From Desulfotalea psychrophila LSv54 (GTDB lineage Bacteria; Desulfobacterota; Desulfobulbia; Desulfobulbales; Desulfocapsaceae): a stretch of 32,000 bases of DNA. Positions 19,848 to 27,651 of the stretch are shown one piece after another. Under the pieces are notes generated by a model, which searched no databases, was not told the DNA's origin, and saw nothing but the letters and a program-made list of their open reading frames with translations. The stretch covers positions 2,370,001 to 2,402,000 of the forward strand of contig NC_006138.1 of the NCBI RefSeq assembly GCF_000025945.1, written 5' to 3'. Numbering within the stretch: the stretch's first letter is position 1; each line of letters starts with the position of its first letter. The position numbers were made by a program, and so were the translations under genes.

Positions 19848-20245
19848 AAGACAGCAGCAGAAAGATCAAGGCTTTGAACAAGAGAGATGCCTGTTCGAGA
19901 GGTTGTTTGCTAATATGGAATGGAGCAGAGAGAAACTGATTTCCTTCTCTCATGATTTATGCAACAAGGCCCTCGACGCGGTGAAATCCGCAAGAGATAT
20001 AGAGAGGACAGGAGAATCAACTCGGTGCTCTTGGCCTCGTGCTAAATGCTTCAGTGCTTTGGCAAACACTATATATGGATCAAGCGGTGGAAACGTTACG
20101 TAATCAAGGAAGAGTGATTACGTCCGAGGATATATCTCGCCTTTCACCATTGGTGCACTCGAATTTAAACGTGCTTGGCAGCTATTCATTTGATTTATCG
20201 CCAGAGGTGGAGAAAGGCAAACTTCGGGCACTAAGGCCGATTTAG
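19769..20245 (+). mobile_element. tnpA: Tn3-family transposase (tnpA) 3-prime remnant, frameshifted and 5-prime truncated
   Basis: The in-frame tail 20003..20245 reads ENQLGALGLVLNASVLWQTLYMDQAVETLRNQGRVITSEDISRLSPLVHSNLNVLGSYSFDL....LRALRPI*. This matches the conserved C-terminus of Tn3-family TnpA (..LNxxxLWNTxY......L...G.....ED..RLSPL...HIN.LG.Y.F). Weaker similarity continues upstream in another frame (..LCNKALDAVKSARDIERTGE), with a frameshift near 20012. About 900 N-terminal codons are absent. Confidence 0.7.
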
Positions 20246-20271
20246 GTATGCAAAGAAGTCTGAGCATTATT

Positions 20272-20310
20272 GCTTAACCCGGTTTTGTGTTCCGTTACTG
20301 CCCAAACCCC
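20272..20310. repeat. Tn3-family terminal inverted repeat (right end)
   Basis: gcttaacccggttttgtgttccgttactgcccaaacccc lies 27 nt after the tnpA stop. In reverse complement it reads GGGGTTTGGGCAGTAACGGAACACAAAACCGGGTTAAGC. This shares the GGGG tip, the internal ACGnAAC/AAAAC block and the GTTAAG inner end with the 38-bp Tn3 inverted repeat (GGGGTCTGACGCTCAGTGGAACGAAAACTCACGTTAAG). Confidence 0.6.
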
Positions 20311-20535
20311 TGGGTTTGACACCTTCCAAAAATTTGGGTCTGGTACTGACTAAAATGGGGAGGTCATAAACGGGTTGAAAGTCTTGTCGGCGGCTTGTTT
20401 ACGTAAAATCCTATGGAACTTTAGAGCCGTTTGTTTAAACGCACCCACTTTACTATCGTCAAATGTGACCTTGGTGTCACCATTTAAGCAGGGGCCGAAT
20501 TCCTGTGGTGGTTTATGTACCTTTGTTTAAATTAA

Positions 20536-20727
20536 TCCATTGATCAAAGAAGACTTAACATTGAAGGAAATCAAGGTTCCATTCTTTTGCCTATTGCAAC
20601 AACTATAAATTGCAGCGCTTGGGTCTGTTACGCTTTGTTAGGGAAAAATAAAGACTGGCCTGTATTTGCTTGTAATGCATTGGGCATAATAGCTGGTTCT
20701 GTCAGCACAATAACGGCAATTATTTGA
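20536..20727 (+). pseudogene. SemiSWEET/PQ-loop sugar transporter remnant lacking its N-terminus
   Basis: A 63-codon open frame with no start codon anywhere: ..EGNQGSILLPIATTINCSAWVCYALLGKNKDWPVFACNALGIIAGSVSTITAII*. It fits the SWEET pattern S..P....L.N...W..YGLL..D......N..G. It is absent from the ORF track because it has no start codon. Confidence 0.5.
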
Positions 20728-20729
20728 CC

Positions 20730-20876
20730 ATTACCTGTGGTCAACGACTTGAACGACAGAATTTTAATTTGCGAACGAGGCTAAAAAGACTCAAGCGCAA
20801 AATAAGCGGCTTTGCCAAAAGTACTGGGCTGCAGGGGATTGCACATATCGAACGAGAATTTATGGTGCCACCTTGA
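20730..20876 (+). mobile_element. second IS1-family transposase C-terminal remnant
   Basis: The frame reads ..LERQNFNLRTRLKRLKRKISGFAKSTGLQGIAHIEREFMVPP*, compared with the IS1 InsB pattern IERxNLNLRQHLARLxRKxxxFSKS. It abuts the SemiSWEET stop and overlaps the last codons of the minus-strand gene that ends at 20860. Confidence 0.55.
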
Positions 20877-22056
20877 TCGGATTTTTACGATATGAAGTAC
20901 TGGGGGCGCCATCAACCCAAATGCCTTCTAAGTAAGAGAGTTTTCTTGGTAGCTGTTTCACGGTCCCCTTAGTAATCAGGAAAGTTGCTTTCCGGCCAAC
21001 TGTAAGAGCCCCAAGATTCTCCATTCCGAAAAATTGAGCACCATTTTCCGTTGCGCTGCGGACAGTTTCCTCCAGTGAATAGTCAGCCTTCATAAATAAC
21101 TTCATTTCCTCTACCATCGACTCACCATGAAGTATACCAGCACTGCCCGCACCTGTTCCAATAAGCGTTGTCACCCCCAACTGTCTGGCTAAGCGCAGTT
21201 GGTTTAATTGCTCGGCGAGCATCTTTTTCCAAAATTTATCCGCTTCGAGAACTGGTTTTCCCGGAGTCAGGCAAGACTGGGCAAAACGACAACAGACGTT
21301 TCCACCAGCACTCGCACTATTTAAACCATTCTTGGCCCGCAGGACACTCGGAATCCACACGACACCCTCTGCAGCCATTTTTTTCAGATTTTCCTCCCCC
21401 ATACAATATCCCTGTTCAATAGCGTCACACCCTGCCGCAAGTGCATCTCCAACTTGTTGCACTCCATTGGCAACCACCACCACCTTCTCTTTTGTCTGGT
21501 GCATAATACGGCATAACTCTTCATTATCCAGCTGAGGATGGGCGGTCTCTTCCCCATCGATATTGCCGAAACGATTGATCTTGATAAAATCTTCTCCCGG
21601 ATTATCTGCTATATAATTTTCTCTACTTGGAGAGAACTGGCTGGATATTTTAATATCAACCATGTTCACCTCGGTCATTTCTTCTTGAGACCGATTCACT
21701 AAATCACTTATATTATCACTGTCGGCCACGCCCAACACTCCGTGGTCATAACAGTAGCCGACATGCTTCTCCAACATGGTTATTTTTTCAGCAAAACTTG
21801 CATTTTCTGATGAGATTTGCACCCTTCTATCTACAGAAGGCGATCGTGAAAGAGAAACACTACAGTCCACGAATGCTGGCACAATGATGCAGTGTGAAAA
21901 GTCATCGACTACACTGCTGTCATTGCCAGGCAGGTCCGATACGGGACCAATATCAGTGATCACGCCATCTTTCACACCAAGAAAGATATTCCTGCGCAAA
22001 GCAGCGCCGGTACCATCGACAAACTTTCCCACTATTACGAATCGTTTTACGCCCAT
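20860..22056 (-). CDS. amidohydrolase-fold protein with substituted metal ligands, 398 aa
   Basis: The overall pattern is that of COG1228-type amidohydrolases: IVGKFVDGTG...VKDGVITDIG at the N-terminus, GTGAGS..GILHG..EEMKLFMKADYSLEETVRSATENGAQFFG, and GALTVGRKATFLI at the C-terminus. The start MGVKR at 22054-22056 has AAGGA 8 nt upstream. The track ORF begins 15 codons earlier. Confidence 0.7.
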   Translation of the reverse strand: MGVKRFVIVGKFVDGTGAALRRNIFLGVKDGVITDIGPVSDLPGNDSSVVDDFSHCIIVPAFVDCSVSLSRSPSVDRRVQISSENASFAEKITMLEKHVGYCYDHGVLGVADSDNISDLVNRSQEEMTEVNMVDIKISSQFSPSRENYIADNPGEDFIKINRFGNIDGEETAHPQLDNEELCRIMHQTKEKVVVVANGVQQVGDALAAGCDAIEQGYCMGEENLKKMAAEGVVWIPSVLRAKNGLNSASAGGNVCCRFAQSCLTPGKPVLEADKFWKKMLAEQLNQLRLARQLGVTTLIGTGAGSAGILHGESMVEEMKLFMKADYSLEETVRSATENGAQFFGMENLGALTVGRKATFLITKGTVKQLPRKLSYLEGIWVDGAPSTSYRKNPIKVAP

Positions 22057-22877
22057 GTTTTTTTCCTTATGTATTGAATCGTACGTGCACGTTTGAAACA
22101 AAAAACAACTATTTATATTTTATGTTAAGGACATCTACAAAAGAAGTCCTAATTATAAATCGCTGAAACAAATTTCTAGGTGCTGGGCAAAATACTCGAA
22201 AAAGGAGTCTTAAAAACTCTACAAAAAACATCTGCATCAGGAGCCACGTATGTCTTTATGTCGCTTGCAATCAAGGTTATGGGGGTGTTGCAGGCGCGGT
22301 TTAGATAAGGTCATAATAGTAAAATGTGGAAAAGCTCAGTCATATGGTAATGGGGATTATGCCAATAACTCAGGTCCATACGACAAAGTTAATTCGCTTT
22401 CATCAAGAGGGAAGTTTCCTATTACAATAGATTAGCATTACAATCGGTGAGTTGGTTCTGAGTCAACAGCATCTCCGTAAAGGTTTCTCAGGTTGACCCC
22501 TTAAGCTCTCCACTCTCCTGCGAAAGCCGTTAAGTCTTCTTTTATTCTTAGCTAGATACTACAGGGTAGCACCTCTGGAGAAAGTTGCTCCTTGGTATCT
22601 CTGCCACTGCGGCATACCTCCCTTCCATGGGAATAAAAACATAAAGAAAAAAAGGTAGTTGCCAGCAACTGGGCCCGTGGTGTACAAGTTTATTCTAGTT
22701 GTTAATGGTGTCGTTAGAAAGGGGCATTGTTTGATCAGGAAAGGGGCTCGGAGCTGAATCCTCCCCTGACTCCACTAGGGGGAGGAAGAAATAAGAATTA
22801 TTAAATATAATATTGAAATAAAATAGTAATGCTCAAAATTCTCAAAAATAATACTCCTTTTTTAGACAAGGAACAGT

Positions 22878-23975
22878 ATGCCCAATATATTCACCTTTGC
22901 AACCAGTGAGCTCTCCACCTCCGCCTTCTACGCCTGGCTTCTGGAAAATCTCAATCCCAAGCATACCTCTACCCCAGAGACCAAACAGGTTGCCCTGGAA
23001 TTCACCAACTACTGCCTGGGAAAAGCCACTATAGCCCCTCTTGCCGCAGTCGATATAAAAGATCTTCAGGTTACAACAGAGCAGCAACTCAACAAAACAT
23101 GCAGAATAGATATCTATGCAAAATTTACTAAAATCGACGACAGCTTAATACATCTCTTTATTGAAAATAAGGTGCAGGCAAACGAGACCAAAAAAGACCA
23201 GTTAATAGAGTACGACAAGGCAATAAAGGGAAAGGCTCTTACTGGAGATATTGCTGAAATTTATCTTAAATCAGGCTACGATTTTGCGGATCCCCTGCAC
23301 TGTAAAGACATCAAGGGAAAGGTTGTCTGTAAAGGCACTTTCAAAAAGATCAACTGGCAGGACTTGCAGATAATATTTTCTCCTCACCGTGGTGCAAGCA
23401 GTGATTTTATTCGAGACATGGCATCTTGCGTGGAGAATAAATATAACTTCATCAACAGTCAAAAAAGTGCCAGTTCCTTTGCAGACTTCGATTTAAACGA
23501 CCATGTGGGGCAGTCTTTCCTGCTCCAAACCATCTTTCACTCCTGCTTTTCTAGCAACGTTCCTCTCTATACCTCAACAGTAAACGGCCGGACCCGAACC
23601 CACTATAACAATAAATGTTATCTGCAGGTGGGTAATAGCAAGGGCAAACCCTGGACAAAATTTGTGCCCTTTTTAGGCCAAAACATCCTTAAATGCCGTC
23701 TTGAAGAATTAACTGGAGGCTATGTCCTTAGGCTGGGCATCCATATTCCCAAGGATGATCTGCCCACAAAACAGACATATATCAAAGCACAGTGCAATAA
23801 AATGCACGACAAAATTGATGCTACAGGGCTGGGTTTTGTTAAAAAGCTCACCCCCTCAGGCAACACCTCTGCCCTCTTTTTTGCCCAAATTAGTCTTAGC
23901 ACCAAGGGAAGCACATTAAGCATAGCAGATCTGCAAAAACTTGATGACGTGGTCCAAAACTATGTAGTTCCCTAA
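22878..23975 (+). CDS. PD-(D/E)XK nuclease-family protein (PDDEXK_4-like), 365 aa
   Basis: N-terminal NIFTFATSELSTSAFYAWLLENLNP, then CRIDIYAKF...LIHLFIENKVQANETKKDQLIEY. This gives the D...(D/E)xK core (D-I-Y ... E-N-K) followed by the QL.rY helix seen in that family. AAGGA lies 6 nt before the ATG. Confidence 0.65.
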   Translation: MPNIFTFATSELSTSAFYAWLLENLNPKHTSTPETKQVALEFTNYCLGKATIAPLAAVDIKDLQVTTEQQLNKTCRIDIYAKFTKIDDSLIHLFIENKVQANETKKDQLIEYDKAIKGKALTGDIAEIYLKSGYDFADPLHCKDIKGKVVCKGTFKKINWQDLQIIFSPHRGASSDFIRDMASCVENKYNFINSQKSASSFADFDLNDHVGQSFLLQTIFHSCFSSNVPLYTSTVNGRTRTHYNNKCYLQVGNSKGKPWTKFVPFLGQNILKCRLEELTGGYVLRLGIHIPKDDLPTKQTYIKAQCNKMHDKIDATGLGFVKKLTPSGNTSALFFAQISLSTKGSTLSIADLQKLDDVVQNYVVP

Positions 23976-24371
23976 GCTTGGGGGGTACAGAAAAGATGCT
24001 CATAAAAAAAGACATCAGACATTACCAATGAGATGGTAACAGTAAAATTCAAAAACAACTCCTTCCAGTTTAAAATGAGAAGATCCTTTGCTAGAAAATA
24101 ACCCTGCAATATAGCAAGAATATGCCGATTATATCATAGCGGCAAAGGTCTAAAGAGCATTTTATCTCCTACTTGGTGCCGCAGGTAGCCCGCTAACTCT
24201 CGTGCTGAAAATTAGAATAGAAAACCCAACAACCGCCCAAGAGGGCATTGGTAACTGTTTCGTTCGAGTTCTTTGCAGCTGGGAGGAAGGGGGTGGCTTC
24301 TTTTAACAAATTTTTCCCTCGAATTGTGCGACTGTGAGCCTTGTTGATGATAGGGTATTATCTTGAATTGG

Positions 24372-25226
24372 TTACTGATATTTAGCAAAGAGGCTTTGCA
24401 TTGTCTCCTCCGATATCCTTCGCTTATAAAGCGGTGTGGTGGCATCATGGTATAAACGATGGGACTTTTCAAAAGGAGTTTTGTTCATGTTTTTATAGAT
24501 AATCCCAAGCGGATACGGATCGGTTTCCAGCGACTTGGCGAACGCCACAGCCTGATTGGACCAGTCATGGTCTTCTGCTAGCTCGGCTGTATTTTCTACA
24601 TACCATTTATAGGTATTTGTCTTGTTAAAGGTTACGCAGGCCTGAAAGATATCTACTATTGCCATGCCATCGTGAGCGATAGCCTCTTTAATGATTTCTT
24701 TACTGAGTTCTGGTTTATGCATTGAAGTGCGAGCAACAAAAGAGGCATCAAGGCTTATTGCCAGGGCGAGTGGATTAAGAGGTGTTGCAGCTACACCTGT
24801 TACCTGAGCAGGAGTCACCATGCCATACAGACTGGTGGGAGAGGCCTGCCCTTTGGTAAGACCATAAACCATATTGTCATGCACCAGAACAGTGATATTA
24901 GGGTTACGCCGGATAGCATGAATAAAATGATTACCACCCTCTCCATACATATCCCCATCGCCACTCTCAACAATCACATGAGTTTCGGGTTGAGCAGCCT
25001 TAATTCCTGTGGCTGCGGGCAGGGACCTACCATGCAATCCATTAAAATAACTTGCATTATAAAACTGAGGTGCCTTGGCCGCCTGACCTATGCCTGAAAC
25101 AAAAATCACCTCTTGGCGTTCCATCTCAATCTCTTTTAAGATCTCTAATATTATTTTTCGGATAGCAAAGTTGCCACAACCTGGGCACCAGGAAATATCA
25201 GGTTGTAGATCAAATAAGTCTTTCAT
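24372..25226 (-). CDS. korB: 2-oxoacid:ferredoxin oxidoreductase beta subunit (TPP-binding), 284 aa
   Basis: WCPGCGNF near the N-terminus and the TPP motif GDGDMYGEGGNHFIHAIRRNPNITVLVHDNMVYGLTKGQASPT. ATGA overlap with korA at 25223-25226. GGAGGAG RBS. Confidence 0.9.
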   Translation of the reverse strand: MKDLFDLQPDISWCPGCGNFAIRKIILEILKEIEMERQEVIFVSGIGQAAKAPQFYNASYFNGLHGRSLPAATGIKAAQPETHVIVESGDGDMYGEGGNHFIHAIRRNPNITVLVHDNMVYGLTKGQASPTSLYGMVTPAQVTGVAATPLNPLALAISLDASFVARTSMHKPELSKEIIKEAIAHDGMAIVDIFQACVTFNKTNTYKWYVENTAELAEDHDWSNQAVAFAKSLETDPYPLGIIYKNMNKTPFEKSHRLYHDATTPLYKRRISEETMQSLFAKYQ

Positions 25227-26923
25227 ATCATCTCCTCCGTAATGCTCTGGACAAGTTCTTCAACTGAGAACGGCATGCCATTATATTTTAGTATGCGATG
25301 AGGAAAGAGCCTGCCCAGTTCTCTTTGCAGAAAATCTGCAAATTGGCCTAGCTGATTATTCTCCACCACCACCACCTTTTGCGCACCATCTATATACTCA
25401 GCAATTTTCTCAGAGAGCGGATAGAGTTGCGGGCAAAACAGAAAAGATACCTTGCCACTACCAATAATCTGAAGAGCCTCACAAATTGCCCCGTAGGTCG
25501 AGCCCCAACCAATGATCAAGGTTGCATAGTCAGGTTCACCCACCAGCTCTGGTAGCATGGCCGCTTTTGTAAGAGTTTCTAGCTTTTTCAGCCGATTATC
25601 TGCCATTGCCAGATGTATCCCATCAAGGTCTTCTGTGATTTTACCATCTTCATCATGCTCGTCTGAGTCTAAACAGACATTGCCAGAACCATATCCGGGT
25701 ATGCCGCGTGGTGAAACACCATCTTCGCTTAGTTGGTATCTCTTATAGCTATCATCGGTTTTAATCACTGCGGATTCAATCTGCACCTGCCCTGCATCCG
25801 GATGAGCAATAGGGTAATAACTATCCACAAAGAATTGATCCGTTAAGACAAAAACTGGTATTTGAAAACGATCTGCAAGGTTGAAGGCAAGTCGCGTATA
25901 CTCAAAGGCCTGTTCAAGGGTGCCGGGTGCGAGAATAAGTCTGGCAAATTCCCCATGTCCTGCATACAAGACCAGATTCAGGTCACCTTGCTCGGTTCTT
26001 GTTGGTAACCCTGTTGCAGGCCCTGGACGTTGCGCCAAATGCACCACAACGGGAGTTTCTGTCATGCCGGCAAGAGAAATTCCCTCGGTCATCAAGGCAA
26101 AACCACCACCTGAAGTAGAGACAATGGCACGACCACCTGCATACCAGGAGCCTATGGCCATATTAATCACCCCGATTTCATCTTCCACCTGTTCCACAAC
26201 AATGTCTGCCTGCTTGGAAAATTCGGCCAGTGTTAAAAAAACTGATGTACCCGGTGTCATTGGATAGGCAAATGCAGCATTACACCCTCCTGCCATAGCA
26301 CCAAGTGCCACTGCATCAGCACCATTGAGGAGTAGGTTCTCTTGCAATGATCTGTTTTTGGCGGGAGTTGGTCGCCCACTAGTCAATAGTCTTGAATGAG
26401 AGGCCATGCCAATCTTATACCCCTCTTCGGCAGCGTCTATATTGCCAGCAATAATCCCTTCTGATTTGAGGGAAAAAGTGTCTCTGATCTCTTTATACAA
26501 ATTAGCAGAATCGAAATCGAGCAGACCACAGAGAAAACCTAAGGCTACAGAATTGGTGTACAGTTGATTACCATGTTTTTTGGCTGTTGCTGCAAAATCG
26601 ATTTCAGTGTCACGACCGCCGATATGCTCACGGCTACCTACTATTGTGGTTGATTTGGTAACCCTGCTACCAAGATGTTCTATAACACCATTTTTCAGTG
26701 GAATGAGAAGATCTATCACATCCACATGGGCACGAACTGGCTCGGAAGAAATTCTTATTTCTGTGGTATTTATTCCTCCCCGTACCCGGGACATATATTC
26801 TTTAGTAGCAAAAACATACAAACCACTTTCTTTGACAATATGTAGCAGGGCCTTTTCTAGGAATTGAATTCCTTGACCCGCTTCGCCGCCCAAAACAAGG
26901 GTAAAACCTTTGACTCCACCCAT
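25223..26923 (-). CDS. korA: 2-oxoacid:ferredoxin oxidoreductase alpha subunit (fused gamma-alpha domains), 566 aa
   Basis: N-terminal gamma-like domain GGEAGQGIQ...EYMSRVRGG, then the alpha domain NGADAVALGAMAGGCNAAFAYPMTPGTSV...GGRAIVSTSGGGFALM. The size is typical of two-subunit KorAB/OFOR enzymes. ATG at 26921-26923. Confidence 0.9.
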   Translation of the reverse strand: MGGVKGFTLVLGGEAGQGIQFLEKALLHIVKESGLYVFATKEYMSRVRGGINTTEIRISSEPVRAHVDVIDLLIPLKNGVIEHLGSRVTKSTTIVGSREHIGGRDTEIDFAATAKKHGNQLYTNSVALGFLCGLLDFDSANLYKEIRDTFSLKSEGIIAGNIDAAEEGYKIGMASHSRLLTSGRPTPAKNRSLQENLLLNGADAVALGAMAGGCNAAFAYPMTPGTSVFLTLAEFSKQADIVVEQVEDEIGVINMAIGSWYAGGRAIVSTSGGGFALMTEGISLAGMTETPVVVHLAQRPGPATGLPTRTEQGDLNLVLYAGHGEFARLILAPGTLEQAFEYTRLAFNLADRFQIPVFVLTDQFFVDSYYPIAHPDAGQVQIESAVIKTDDSYKRYQLSEDGVSPRGIPGYGSGNVCLDSDEHDEDGKITEDLDGIHLAMADNRLKKLETLTKAAMLPELVGEPDYATLIIGWGSTYGAICEALQIIGSGKVSFLFCPQLYPLSEKIAEYIDGAQKVVVVENNQLGQFADFLQRELGRLFPHRILKYNGMPFSVEELVQSITEEMI

Positions 26924-27651
26924 AGCATCTCCACAAACGAATCTATAAAAAGTTTCTTATATTTTAAAATAACAAACCTTACACTAATAGTTTGTTATTT
27001 CTATCCGTTTCAAAGTCTATCACCAATGAGATCAGGAATGCAAGAAGGAGCAAATCGTTGCTTCCGGCCACGCTTGTGGGAGAGTAATAAAGTGTCAGCT
27101 ACTTCAAGTAATAAGGGCAACACACTTGTCCGTAAAGACTTCTAGCGGTGTCAGTCCTTGCAAAATGCTTCTTGATGGCAAATTAAACATGTTTCCTTTG
27201 CAACCTCTCCTTCTGACAAAACGCTATCTTGATTTTTATCTTCCTGGATACGGTGATAAATGTTGGGACAACAGAACCTTTTCTTTAGGAAAATTTATCC
27301 GTAAGCGTAAGCTGATTGCCTCTGGCGACTAATTAAGAGTAAAATATCCTCTTGTCATTTGGGCAGCTGCTGACAATGAGGAATGGGCATGTCCCCCACC
27401 CTTTGCTATTCATGTTAGGATTTAGCTCTATCCTCATCGTCCTTAGTTTCTGTCATATCCTTAGTCCCACCTTGTCTTCACCTAAAAGGCACCTTAGCTG
27501 AGTGGAAAAATAATAAACAGAAATAAAAGATGCCAGATGAGAGATGGCCTGCTTTTTTTCTTGCGCCTATGGGCTTTAGATGCTTAGCTCTCGGAACATC
27601 TTGCAATCACACTCTATTTTTAGAAATACTGCCCATGGATATTGAGCAAAT

